Virus record (IMG/VR): IMGVR_UViG_3300027586_000002
Span: 32,001-96,000 of that record
Source: a virus
Length of the DNA: 64,000 bases
Reading direction: 5' to 3' (one strand)
Both the position numbers and the translations under genes were made by a program. This document shows, in pieces, positions 18,624 to 28,034 of this stretch (position 1 is the stretch's first letter; each line of letters begins with the position of its first letter). The notes under the pieces are model-generated. The model searched no databases and was not told where the DNA came from. It was given only the letters and a program-made list of their open reading frames with translations.

Positions 18624-19520
18624 ATGAACACCGCATTAAATAACCAACTAGCAGAGCAATTGACAGCATCAGCTCCCAAATTAGTGTTAGTAGAAAATAA
18701 AGGCATTCCTGAAGTCACACAGGTTATGGCATCAATTGATAATCAGATAGCTTGCTTACAAGCAAACGCCGGCACGATAAACCTTGACCAAGAGATGCAA
18801 AAGCTTGGTCGTGGCTGGGTACGAGGCTCCAAAATTAACAATGTTAATAACGTACATATGTTAAAACAAATGTTGAGCCGTGTTACCAAATTGCTAGACA
18901 GAACCGATATGGCTGACGGAACCACAGCCTACAGGTTTTTCATACCTGACGAATATACAGCAGTGACATGCTGGGTCAGACTGCAAGAGCTAGGGCAAAG
19001 AAGGCTTGTGTTCAAGCCAAAGCATAATGTCTCAGGTCACTCCCGCAAGCCACAATTTGATTGCCAGATTGTTGTAGGCTACCGGTTGGCTATACCAGAG
19101 CTACATACTGAAGATGAAGCTTTCTTCTATGCTCCAGACGTAGCACCTATCGCTACAAATATAGTTACATTTGTAGTTAACACCAAAGAGAACAGGCTGG
19201 TAAAGTGGCTGCCTGGAGAAGACAAAGAGCGTTTTCGCCCTACCAGCGATCTTAAAACGCACTGGGTAAACTGCTGCAACTATCCAAAAGAGAAATATCA
19301 GCCTAAGGCTAAAAATGTGCCAGCTGAGTCAAAGCTGTCAGATAATAATATTACACTTACTCCAAGACCTATAATGTCGTCGCTCCCACCAATAATGGCA
19401 GTGAAACCTAAAATACAAGAAGAAGACGAGGTATCATTTGTATTTGCTCTAAAAGAGGAGCTAAAGAAAGATGGGCTGTTGATTTCTACCTTCGAGCAAA
19501 TGGGTATGTCAAAGCACTAA
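18624..19520 (+). CDS. hypothetical protein
   Basis: 298-aa ORF. Confidence 0.65.
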   Translation: MNTALNNQLAEQLTASAPKLVLVENKGIPEVTQVMASIDNQIACLQANAGTINLDQEMQKLGRGWVRGSKINNVNNVHMLKQMLSRVTKLLDRTDMADGTTAYRFFIPDEYTAVTCWVRLQELGQRRLVFKPKHNVSGHSRKPQFDCQIVVGYRLAIPELHTEDEAFFYAPDVAPIATNIVTFVVNTKENRLVKWLPGEDKERFRPTSDLKTHWVNCCNYPKEKYQPKAKNVPAESKLSDNNITLTPRPIMSSLPPIMAVKPKIQEEDEVSFVFALKEELKKDGLLISTFEQMGMSKH

Positions 19521-19524
19521 CTAT

Positions 19525-19869
19525 ATGAATACAAAAGCAATAACACAGGTAGCGCTTGGGTTATTAGCGCTTGGGTTTTCAGCAATAACCGCCAAAGTTA
19601 TAGCTGATAGATATTACGATACTTCTAATATTCAAGTAGTCTATATAGCCGCCTTAGTGCTGGCTTCATTGGAAAATTTGGCAATGTTTGTTGTGTCTTT
19701 CTTTGTCTATGATGAAGAAGACATAAAAATACATAAAGTAGAGTTGGATAATATTGCGTTAAGAAGGGATAATATTGAGCTGCAAAGACAGTTAAACGCA
19801 GTCAATATATACACAGATCAACTGGAAAAAAATCAGAAGTCCAGGTCACCCCTCCAACACACTCGTTAA
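19525..19869 (+). CDS. two-TM protein with C-terminal coiled coil
   Basis: Two hydrophobic helices then heptad-like tail. Confidence 0.6.
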   Translation: MNTKAITQVALGLLALGFSAITAKVIADRYYDTSNIQVVYIAALVLASLENLAMFVVSFFVYDEEDIKIHKVELDNIALRRDNIELQRQLNAVNIYTDQLEKNQKSRSPLQHTR

Positions 19870-20136
19870 GGACTCAGCTACTGTTTCTGGCAATTTAGAC
19901 TTAACCTTCTTTATTGCCTTTAACAGTATAGCTCTGTCTTTCTTTGATTTGATTTGCCATTTAGCATAGGTGTTATTGCTTTTTTTATAAGTATAGGTAA
20001 AACAACTTCCACCAAAAAACTCCTTTAGTTTAAAAGTGAGTGGTTGTTTTGACATAGGTAATGATATGGTAATTTCTTTATACCTATTATTAATTGACAC
20101 ATTGGAATAAATTACGCCGAGCAAAAAAGAAATCAT
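19846..20136 (-). CDS. degenerate LAGLIDADG-fold protein
   Basis: MISFLLGVIYSNVSI...LKEFFGG...AKWQI; likely start at Met30 of the listed ORF. Confidence 0.55.
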   Translation of the reverse strand: MISFLLGVIYSNVSINNRYKEITISLPMSKQPLTFKLKEFFGGSCFTYTYKKSNNTYAKWQIKSKKDRAILLKAIKKVKSKLPETVAESLTSVLEG

Positions 20137-20329
20137 GAACCGATCATTAGCAGTATTGTTGGCTTTTTTTATAGTAATAGCGTTACTTACAGGAAGATTG
20201 GTAGACATATTAATCTTTTGCACAATAACAGCTCTTAGTTATACATTGATAAAACAATTTAGTAAAGAGAAAACAGTTGAGCCAAAAGCCCCGTCACGCA
20301 ACAAAAACTATAACAAGAAATCACGATAA
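20135..20329 (+). CDS. small membrane protein
   Basis: Two hydrophobic segments, basic tail, abuts AAA gene. Confidence 0.55.
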   Translation: MNRSLAVLLAFFIVIALLTGRLVDILIFCTITALSYTLIKQFSKEKTVEPKAPSRNKNYNKKSR

Positions 20330-20331
20330 TT

Positions 20332-21864
20332 ATGCCCAAGAATAACGAAGTAGAAGTAGCAGACCAGCCATCAACGCAACAAACAAGCCAGGCCTTCGCA
20401 CAGTTGGAAGCCATGGAAATATTAGCTAAAGCTCTGGCAAGGGCCCAAAGCACACCATTCAAAGACATCACCGTGGTTCGCACAGGTGATCAAATTATAC
20501 TGCCTGAAGGCATGTCCTACGCCGACGCCCATGTGTGGCTGAGGAAGAAGGAAGATGCTGAGGAGAGTGTTGTAGCTGTCCATGCAGAAATCCCATGCTA
20601 TCCGTTGGATGGTATGTTGGCGCTGTCTAAAGCGCTACAAAGGATATATGGGTTTACAAGTTTGGCTGGTACGCCGACTTTCTTCGGCCAGGAGTTTCCT
20701 CCTGTGATTGTGCAAGTCCCAACGGGCGTGCATACCTCTGAGCCAGCCATTTATGGACGCATCCAACCGCCAACATTAGAGGGCGGATACCTGCAGCCTG
20801 TCGTGGGAAAGGAACAGAAATTCACAATCTCTGGTCAGGTAAAACGCAAGTTCGAAAAGGACGTTGAGCGCATATTCCAGGTTACGAGAGAGATTCTCGC
20901 TAACAGCAGCATATATAAAGGCCAGGCGATCATGATAGATCTTTCTTATCTCAATCGCCCTAATCATGAGTTTAATCCTGCCAACGATGCACCAAAGTTC
21001 ATGGACCTTACAGGTGTGAGCGAAGACAAGCTCATCCTTAACAAAGGAACAAAGTTCAGCCTCACAACAAGCATATATACATTGCTTGAGCAATCAGAAG
21101 CCTGCAAGGCTAACGGCATTACACTAAAGCATGGAGCATTGTTCATGGGCCCTTACGGCACCGGTAAAACCATGACTGCGCGGGTAATAGCACACAAAGC
21201 TACGACCAATAAGTGGACATTCATATATCTAAAGCAGCCTGATCATATTGCACACGCACTAAAATTGGCTGAGCAATATTCTCCTGCGGTGGTCTTTGCA
21301 GAGGACATTGACCAGGTCACCAATGGAGAGCGCGATGATAAGCTAAACAACATCCTTAACACATTGGACGGTATTGACACCAAAGACAAAGCGGTCATTA
21401 CTATTCTTACAACCAATCATCCTGAAAAAATAAACCCAGGCATCCTTAGAGCCGGGCGCATAGACTCAGTGATACATATGGACGCGCCTGACAGTGAGGC
21501 TGCGGAAAAATTCGTTAAGGTTTATACAGACAATGGCAGGCTGTTGTCTCCTGATATTAATTTGGAGCCTATCGGTCTGGCTCTCGCTGGATTCGTGCCG
21601 GCATTTATATCTGAAGCCGTCCAGCGCGCTAAGCGCAGGGCAATTTACCGTCATGGGGCGGATATCGCAGGCAAAGTCAGCGAAGAGGATCTCTGCCTCG
21701 CCGCCGCCGAGCTAAAGAATCATATCAAGATGGTCAATCGTGTGCAGCCGGCTTCACATGCTGAAAACACACTTGCAGCTCTGAACACACTGCTGCGACC
21801 AGTTGCAAACTTGGTAAACGAAGCTGAGGATAGGCTCATAGATTCAATTGAGTCATCGAAATAA
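20332..21864 (+). CDS. AAA+ ATPase (classical clade, no protease domain)
   Basis: GPYGTGKT, FAEDID, TTNHPEKI...LRAGRID. Confidence 0.9.
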   Translation: MPKNNEVEVADQPSTQQTSQAFAQLEAMEILAKALARAQSTPFKDITVVRTGDQIILPEGMSYADAHVWLRKKEDAEESVVAVHAEIPCYPLDGMLALSKALQRIYGFTSLAGTPTFFGQEFPPVIVQVPTGVHTSEPAIYGRIQPPTLEGGYLQPVVGKEQKFTISGQVKRKFEKDVERIFQVTREILANSSIYKGQAIMIDLSYLNRPNHEFNPANDAPKFMDLTGVSEDKLILNKGTKFSLTTSIYTLLEQSEACKANGITLKHGALFMGPYGTGKTMTARVIAHKATTNKWTFIYLKQPDHIAHALKLAEQYSPAVVFAEDIDQVTNGERDDKLNNILNTLDGIDTKDKAVITILTTNHPEKINPGILRAGRIDSVIHMDAPDSEAAEKFVKVYTDNGRLLSPDINLEPIGLALAGFVPAFISEAVQRAKRRAIYRHGADIAGKVSEEDLCLAAAELKNHIKMVNRVQPASHAENTLAALNTLLRPVANLVNEAEDRLIDSIESSK

Positions 21865-21951
21865 CTAGATTGGGTGGAGGTAGAGAAATCTGCCTCCACC
21901 CAAATCATTTTACGTGTACCATTTAACATTAGCTGGTATACTAAATTCAAT

Positions 21952-22218
21952 ATGAAAAAACCAAGAAAGTTTAAGTTTCCTATATCGATACTAAACTCCA
22001 TTAATGAATGTACACAGGGATATTTCCTTGTGACTGTCACTAGTGATCGTGAATTTGAGATTTACCAAAATCTTAATGATACAGTTGATCATATGGCAGT
22101 AATTCATTTTCTTGATGTTCATGCACAGGTGATGAAAGACGCTGTGCTGCACCAAGCAGCTAAACAGTTTGGAAAGACCGAGGCCGGTAACAATGGAGAA
22201 AATTTAGACCGATCTTAG
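21952..22218 (+). CDS. hypothetical protein
   Basis: ATG at 21952 within listed ORF 21874. Confidence 0.5.
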   Translation: MKKPRKFKFPISILNSINECTQGYFLVTVTSDREFEIYQNLNDTVDHMAVIHFLDVHAQVMKDAVLHQAAKQFGKTEAGNNGENLDRS

Positions 22219-22388
22219 TCTCTTAATGAGTTGGTCGATTTATGTACACAAATACATTCTTTAATGATTTGTGCTATGATCTTTGTGCTTTTATCGAGGT
22301 TTTGACCTGTATGTAATTGATCATTTCTAAATACTAACTTCTTTTTGTTTTTACCATCAAATATTTCAATGGTAATTTTAACTTTCAT
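22215..22388 (-). CDS. small hypothetical protein (57 aa, MKVKITIEIF...)
   Basis: Read manually; ATG overlaps upstream stop. Confidence 0.4.
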   Translation of the reverse strand: MKVKITIEIFDGKNKKKLVFRNDQLHTGQNLDKSTKIIAQIIKECICVHKSTNSLRD

Positions 22389-23281
22389 TACATCTTACGC
22401 TGAGTGAAATAGTTTATAATATTCCTATCTCCATCAGGTGTAGTAGACTTGGAAAGCTGTGTTTTTAGAAGTTCTAGATTACGTTCTGAATGTTCTTCCA
22501 ACAAGCTTAAAACCTCTGCTTTAGAAAATTCTTTATTCTCTGGAACATTTCTTAGCAGCTCTTGTTCTATAGGCTCATTCTTAAGTTGGTCTTTAAAGGA
22601 TTCCACACCATTCATAATATTTACAGCCATTTTCTTTCCAACTACACCAAAGAAGTTAGCCAAAGGTGGAACAGCTCCAATTAACCAGGATAAAACAGAC
22701 CCCATCAACGGCAGTAATGCTGGGAATAACACAACCAGCGCAATTAAACCTCCAATACCGATGGTTCCCATTGTCCAAGCCCATATGCGGGTTACCAATG
22801 ACTTGTTTTGCTCTTGTTCATATTTTTTACCTAGCTCTACAAGTTGATTTCTTAATGCTTCCCTTTCCTTCTCGGCAATAGCTTTTTCTTCTAGTAGCTT
22901 TTGCTCTCTGTCGAACCTAGCCAATAGCTCTTTATAATCAGCAGTCTTATCCATGACCGGCGAAGCGACCATTGCTGCCACATTAATTGGAGTAACAGGT
23001 AGACCGTGCAACCCTACGTTTTTATCTGCCGTAATTTTTGCTATTGTAACCGAGTTACTGACCACGTTATTAGTAGACACATCAGATGGTACGTTCTTTA
23101 ATGCATCATACGTGGCTTTGGTAAGGGCTTTCTTTTCTTCATCAATCTCAGTGTTTACTTCATTAAGTTTGGTAGTAACTTTATTCTCGTTCTTGCCCAA
23201 TATGCCACAAGAGGTTAACCCACTTATACAAAATACAGCTAGTAACAGACATAGCAGAATATTAAATAGGTTTTTCATCAT
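22388..23281 (-). CDS. lipoprotein with coiled coil and internal TM hairpin (spanin-like topology)
   Basis: Lipobox GLTS/C, coiled-coil, hydrophobic IWAWTMG...LANFF. Confidence 0.6.
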   Translation of the reverse strand: MMKNLFNILLCLLLAVFCISGLTSCGILGKNENKVTTKLNEVNTEIDEEKKALTKATYDALKNVPSDVSTNNVVSNSVTIAKITADKNVGLHGLPVTPINVAAMVASPVMDKTADYKELLARFDREQKLLEEKAIAEKEREALRNQLVELGKKYEQEQNKSLVTRIWAWTMGTIGIGGLIALVVLFPALLPLMGSVLSWLIGAVPPLANFFGVVGKKMAVNIMNGVESFKDQLKNEPIEQELLRNVPENKEFSKAEVLSLLEEHSERNLELLKTQLSKSTTPDGDRNIINYFTQRKM

Positions 23282-23546
23282 TATCCTCACTTTCGTTGTC
23301 ATCTGGTTTATTAAAGATATCTCTAACGCTGTCCTCGTATATCTTATCAACAATTAACAATTCACTTACACCAGGAAGCCCGGTATAAATACCAAGTTTT
23401 TTCTTTTCGGTGGAGCACTGAACATGGGTCCATTGATGAGTAGGAGTACCAAGCATTAACAGCGCGTTAATTCGCTTCTTTGGTATCTCACCGTCACAAT
23501 TTACACACTTATATTGCTTGTAATTTACTTTTCTCTTTTCATCCAT
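23262..23546 (-). CDS. DksA/TraR-like zinc-finger protein
   Basis: CVNCDGEIPKKRINAL...HVQCS. Confidence 0.55.
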   Translation of the reverse strand: MDEKRKVNYKQYKCVNCDGEIPKKRINALLMLGTPTHQWTHVQCSTEKKKLGIYTGLPGVSELLIVDKIYEDSVRDIFNKPDDNESEDNDEKPI

Positions 23547-23548
23547 AC

Positions 23549-25291
23549 TTAAGCCTCAGGTGGTTTATTTTGTTGTTTGGCTCTGTCTACTCCATCCTTC
23601 TTGGCTCCACTAGTTAGCTGTTCCAAGGCGGCTTTGACTGCGCCATATAGTGTTTCATCGCTGGCCTTAACCTCTTGAAGTTTCTGTCTTCTCCCTGCTG
23701 CATCCAGAGGGAATAGCTGCTGCGCGATCTCTTGGGCCTTCTCAAGCACATCTTGAGGAGAACCACCACCACCACCACCACCACCACCACCACCGCTACC
23801 GGCGTCAGCCATTTGTTGTAGCTGTTCCTTTGTTTGCTCTTCTTGCTGTAACTCCTTAAGCGTACGGTCCTCATCAATCTTTTTACGTATTTGCTCACGA
23901 TAATCGAAACCATACAAGCCGAGTAGCTCGCTTCTAGCAATAGCGTTAGCGGATACAAGCTGACCAATAATACTTTTACGTTCCATATCATCGCTAAGAG
24001 TAACAGGCACCAAGCTAACCTTAGCGTCTGGAAGACCTTTTATTTTCGCTATGACTTCAGCAATGTGCCCCAATAGATCATTATAAATATCTATAATTGG
24101 AGCCCAAGAATTTTCAAACAATCTAAGGGCCGGCCCCGCCGCCTGAACAGTTAAACTCATGTTGTACAGCTCTTGTGGAATATTTAAGGCATTTAAAATA
24201 TTAGCTCTGGCATTGTTGATAAGCTCAACTGGAGCCAGGTTTTTGGCATCGCCTCCTAATTGTTGAAAATCTAATGGGAATGGGAAAGTATGGTATGAAG
24301 CAGGATCAACACGATGTTCTTTAATCATCTGATCCACCGCAGAAGTCCACTTACCGCCGTGCTGTGTTAATATTGGGTTAGCTTGACCATTAACTTCCTT
24401 TGCCATAGATATTACTCTAAATGGAGCGATGTCTTCCATACATATAGCTTCATTGAATCTTTCCATTACTTTCAATAGAAAGAAGTCGTCAAACATATAA
24501 ATACAACGAGGAATAGACTTACCATCACTTTTAATGCCTGCAGGAGTAGGCATTTTTAAATGCACGAAGTTCTTAGTATTGAACTCCAGCATCCGCTCAT
24601 TAATGATTGCGTCATATATGATCTTTGGAGTTTTCTTACTAAAGAATTTATTATCAGTTCTTATAACCTTTTCAACATAAGCTTTAGGTATGTCCCAAAA
24701 GTATTGTGAAGAACCTGTGGTTTCTTCAAATCTTATTACAATTTCCCTTGGGTCCCAGAAAGTGAGGTTAAGTTTGTCTAAATCCTTGGAAGGTTTGTCT
24801 ACTCCCTCATGTATACCAGTATAGTTACAGCTAGGACATTTATAACTAAACTTGCCTTTCTTAGAGAATTTATAATTATTAAGTTTGTCGATATTACTGT
24901 GTTTACCACACTTAGGACACACTAGGAAGCGCTCAAATCCTTGGTTAACAGATACAAACACATTGCTATAGGCTAGTAAGTTTAGCCCAGCCATTGACAG
25001 TATTTGCTTCCAATGTAGATCGTCGAAAATCTCTTTATACTTTCGCTTAGCAGTAGAGTCATCACATTCAATTTTAAGCGAAGTTATAAAGTAGTTAGCA
25101 ATACGACTTAAGGCTGCATGATAAAAACCAAACCTTAAAAGAAAATGATTAGCCCACCACAACATACCATCCGGGGAATTAAGTGGTATATACTTTTGAG
25201 CTACCCCATAGAAAGGATTGGCGTATGAATCTCGCTTACTCCCTGCTCCTGTGAAAAATCCGGACGGTCCTGGAGAATTATCTAGCGACAT
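23549..25291 (-). CDS. probable portal protein with zinc-ribbon insertion
   Basis: 580 aa, portal-like layout (I.RI..YF.T.L.I; FVHLK; IL.AL.IP; acidic Q/G tail); CPKC...CPSC. Confidence 0.5.
   Translation of the reverse strand: MSLDNSPGPSGFFTGAGSKRDSYANPFYGVAQKYIPLNSPDGMLWWANHFLLRFGFYHAALSRIANYFITSLKIECDDSTAKRKYKEIFDDLHWKQILSMAGLNLLAYSNVFVSVNQGFERFLVCPKCGKHSNIDKLNNYKFSKKGKFSYKCPSCNYTGIHEGVDKPSKDLDKLNLTFWDPREIVIRFEETTGSSQYFWDIPKAYVEKVIRTDNKFFSKKTPKIIYDAIINERMLEFNTKNFVHLKMPTPAGIKSDGKSIPRCIYMFDDFFLLKVMERFNEAICMEDIAPFRVISMAKEVNGQANPILTQHGGKWTSAVDQMIKEHRVDPASYHTFPFPLDFQQLGGDAKNLAPVELINNARANILNALNIPQELYNMSLTVQAAGPALRLFENSWAPIIDIYNDLLGHIAEVIAKIKGLPDAKVSLVPVTLSDDMERKSIIGQLVSANAIARSELLGLYGFDYREQIRKKIDEDRTLKELQQEEQTKEQLQQMADAGSGGGGGGGGGGGSPQDVLEKAQEIAQQLFPLDAAGRRQKLQEVKASDETLYGAVKAALEQLTSGAKKDGVDRAKQQNKPPEA
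23762..23794. repeat. (ACC)11 trinucleotide repeat encoding poly-Gly in portal-like protein
   Basis: 11 perfect ACC units. Confidence 0.95.
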
Positions 25292-25454
25292 TGTTATCTC
25301 CTTCTTGGCTAATTTTTTTAGGCGTCTTCAGCTTTGATTTATTGTCCTCGTCTGCTACTTCAAACCCCTCGTCATCAAAGTATTCTGCCTTTTTAACTGT
25401 ATCAAAATCACTAAGAGATTGAGCTGTGAGCATACCGTGTTTTGTAAGAGGCAT
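25278..25454 (-). CDS. small hypothetical protein (58 aa, MPLTKHG...)
   Basis: Read manually; fills gap in minus-strand operon. Confidence 0.45.
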   Translation of the reverse strand: MPLTKHGMLTAQSLSDFDTVKKAEYFDDEGFEVADEDNKSKLKTPKKISQEGDNNVAR

Positions 25455-25455
25455 A

Positions 25456-25731
25456 TTACTTGATAGTTTGTATAGGTGTGTGGTCCTTCAGCATACTTAA
25501 TAGTGCAATTGGGGATAGAGCAACCGCTCCAGCCGCCGCGCCATAATCTTTAACTTGATCTATAATCTCTCGACTACGATCTCGTTCAGGCTCTTCATTC
25601 TTATCCTCGGCATTATCATTCTTATCCTCGGCATTATCATTCTTATCCTCGGCATTATCATTCTTATCCTTGCCGTTGTCATTCTTACGAAGAGTGCGCT
25701 CAACGTTTTTATATGTTAGTTTATTCTTCAT
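25456..25731 (-). CDS. hypothetical protein with DKNDNAE repeats
   Basis: ORF track. Confidence 0.55.
   Translation of the reverse strand: MKNKLTYKNVERTLRKNDNGKDKNDNAEDKNDNAEDKNDNAEDKNEEPERDRSREIIDQVKDYGAAAGAVALSPIALLSMLKDHTPIQTIK
25595..25687. repeat. 21-bp tandem repeat (3 perfect + degenerate copies)
   Basis: TCATTCTTATCCTCGGCATTA x3 then TCATTCTTATCCTTGCCGTTG. Confidence 0.9.
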
Positions 25732-26356
25732 TATCTTGATGTGTATCAGGTTCTTTTACCAATACCATTAATTTATGCTTTCCATCTGTCCAAGTAAATA
25801 AAAAACCTGGGTACATTACTTTTATGTTATTGTCTTTAGTTATAAGTAAGTTCAAGCTTTCACCATTCTTTGGTATAAAAGATATACTTTCATCATCTTT
25901 AAACACTAGTATAACTGCTGTACTCTCTTCTAAGACAGCGACAACTGTAACTTTCATTCTACCAAAATCATTTTCGAAAGTCACGTTTATAGATTTTTGA
26001 GAAAGGACAGGTAGCTGCTCTAAGTTAAATGGTTGATGCACCGAATTATCTAAACTATACGAAGCGTTCACCAGAGTAGGCTTAACCAGCTCTAATGGTT
26101 TTGACTTCTTGTCCTGTCCTGGCTTTTTTTTAGTTATAGCTACTTGGGTAGGCAACATACTGCCTTTTGCCCCAGGAGACAGGGCCGAACGTAATACGGA
26201 CTCAGCTTTTTCCTGTATCTGCTCTTTTGAGCCCACGAATTGACCTGTGCTGTTATCTTTTCTTTTACCCATTGCGTGGTAGCTTGGTACAATATAATCG
26301 CCAATTTCTCCGTGTAGTGAGACGGCGCCAGTTTGAGGTTCATGACTTGCGTTCAT
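25721..26356 (-). CDS. hypothetical protein
   Basis: 211-aa ORF leading the minus-strand operon. Confidence 0.6.
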   Translation of the reverse strand: MNASHEPQTGAVSLHGEIGDYIVPSYHAMGKRKDNSTGQFVGSKEQIQEKAESVLRSALSPGAKGSMLPTQVAITKKKPGQDKKSKPLELVKPTLVNASYSLDNSVHQPFNLEQLPVLSQKSINVTFENDFGRMKVTVVAVLEESTAVILVFKDDESISFIPKNGESLNLLITKDNNIKVMYPGFLFTWTDGKHKLMVLVKEPDTHQDNEE

Positions 26357-26384
26357 TAGTGTCTTATGATAATCTATTTAATAG

Positions 26385-27188
26385 ATGAAAAAAATCAATT
26401 TATTGAAACGGGCCGTTAAACAGAACGGACCAACTTATATTCTTGATGTCGAAATCATTTCGTCTGAAGGTATCACAAAGGATATATTTGTCAAGCAGAG
26501 GCGTAGAAATCTAAATAATACTTTTGATGATGTATTTGTAGCGATTGCAACTGTAGCTCAAATAGAAGATTTTGATATTGGTAGCCCAGCTGAAGATTCT
26601 ACCTATTTTAGAACTTCAAGCTTAGTTTTAGTTGGAACAAATCCCGCATTTCTAGAAGAGTTGTTTACTACTGTTTTATCAGAGGTACAACAATTAGTTG
26701 ACAACGCAGAAGTTTTAGAGGAAATTAAACCAGATGGCGTTTATGAAATAACCGCCGATACAATAGACGTTAATATGGGAATAGTACATACACATTATAG
26801 AATTCCGTTAATAGCCGCACCTTGCGGTGTAAATGAGGTGTTCACAGAAAGCAATCTGCAGAAGCATAGGGTAGGAAGTCAAAATACGCTTCTTCCTGGT
26901 TGGTTAAATACAGTTAGTGGTGTTGATCCTGCCGGTACTTATTTTAAATATAACATTGCTGTAGACATAACTCTTGGTTCTAAATGGCCAATAGCCTCAG
27001 AGTTCTTAGCTTATGCGCATATAGAGAATAATGGAAAGACAGAACAAAATGTATTAATAAATGCCAATGGTATATTCTGGAAGAGTAATAAGTTGGGAAC
27101 AGCACCGTGGCCAGTTGATTATGTTAACAGTGGGAATACAGGGATTGCAGCTAACGCTATTGTGCTAGTAATAGACTTTATAGTTTAA
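26385..27188 (+). CDS. hypothetical, possibly virion structural protein
   Basis: Beta-rich 267 aa, near portal-like gene. Confidence 0.55.
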   Translation: MKKINLLKRAVKQNGPTYILDVEIISSEGITKDIFVKQRRRNLNNTFDDVFVAIATVAQIEDFDIGSPAEDSTYFRTSSLVLVGTNPAFLEELFTTVLSEVQQLVDNAEVLEEIKPDGVYEITADTIDVNMGIVHTHYRIPLIAAPCGVNEVFTESNLQKHRVGSQNTLLPGWLNTVSGVDPAGTYFKYNIAVDITLGSKWPIASEFLAYAHIENNGKTEQNVLINANGIFWKSNKLGTAPWPVDYVNSGNTGIAANAIVLVIDFIV

Positions 27189-27448
27189 TGACCCGCACAA
27201 TTACAGCAAGTCACGGAATCTGGGCAGATGAGACGTCTGGAACAGCCTGGACTAGTTCCGAATCAACAACAAATATATCAACAGGCACATGGGCAATGGA
27301 CGTTAACATTGAATCCCCAGAAGTTACAGAGCTTAAAACAAGAGTAGATGTTCTAGAAAAAGAGCTATTGTTTATTAAATCAAGTTTAATGGGGGATGAA
27401 GATGGTAAAAATCCAGATCTTTATTTTCGCAAAATCGATTTCAAATAA
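27188..27448 (+). CDS. hypothetical coiled-coil protein ending RKIDFK
   Basis: Coupled TAATG. Confidence 0.55.
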   Translation: MTRTITASHGIWADETSGTAWTSSESTTNISTGTWAMDVNIESPEVTELKTRVDVLEKELLFIKSSLMGDEDGKNPDLYFRKIDFK

Positions 27449-27471
27449 CAAACTCCAGTTAAAACAATCAG

Positions 27472-27642
27472 ATGAAAAAGTTTGATAGACCTCATCAATC
27501 AGATGTTCGTGATTATGATAAATATCATAGTAAAAAGAAAGACCATTCTAAGAAAAATAGAGATAGTCGCTATAAAGAACATGACGATGAAAAGTTTAAT
27601 ACAAAAAACTGGAAACTAGAACAAGAAGATAACTGGCAATAA
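27472..27642 (+). CDS. small charged hypothetical protein (56 aa)
   Basis: Read manually: MKKFDRPHQ...EDNWQ*, followed by terminator. Confidence 0.5.
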   Translation: MKKFDRPHQSDVRDYDKYHSKKKDHSKKNRDSRYKEHDDEKFNTKNWKLEQEDNWQ

Positions 27643-27668
27643 TTAAACACACAACCAAGTTAAACGTT

Positions 27669-27709
27669 AACCTTCTAGCTATCGTATTGATGCTTAGAAG
27701 GTTGTTTTT
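27669..27709 (+). terminator. intrinsic terminator
   Basis: AACCTTCTAGC...GCTTAGAAGGTT then GTTTTT. Confidence 0.6.
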
Positions 27710-28034
27710 GTCTATGAACCAGAAACTGGATGCTGAGTATAAAGTTACTAAGCTTCCTAGCGAAGTTGTTGAATACTCACAAGGTTAAAAGGCTGAACAG
27801 CTGCTCAACCCGGATTGACTAAGCAGCTGTTCACCTACTTACTCCCATCCCACTTTTGGTCGCGTGGACCAAAATTACTATTCTCAATATAATAAATAAC
27901 CCAGGGAGCGTCAAGTGATAAAATATACAGTTTACAATAAAATATACAACATAATAATCTTTGTTACCAGGTATGAAGACTTGGTATTTGGATTAGTTGG
28001 GTATACAGCTTTAAAATTGAAGGACTAATTAGTT

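Noticed and set aside
23614-23991. ORF with poly-Val run
   Set aside because: Alternate frame of the (GGT)n poly-Gly tract in the portal-like gene
25595-25687. CRISPR-like array
   Set aside because: Head-to-tail 21-bp coding repeats with no spacers; no cas genes
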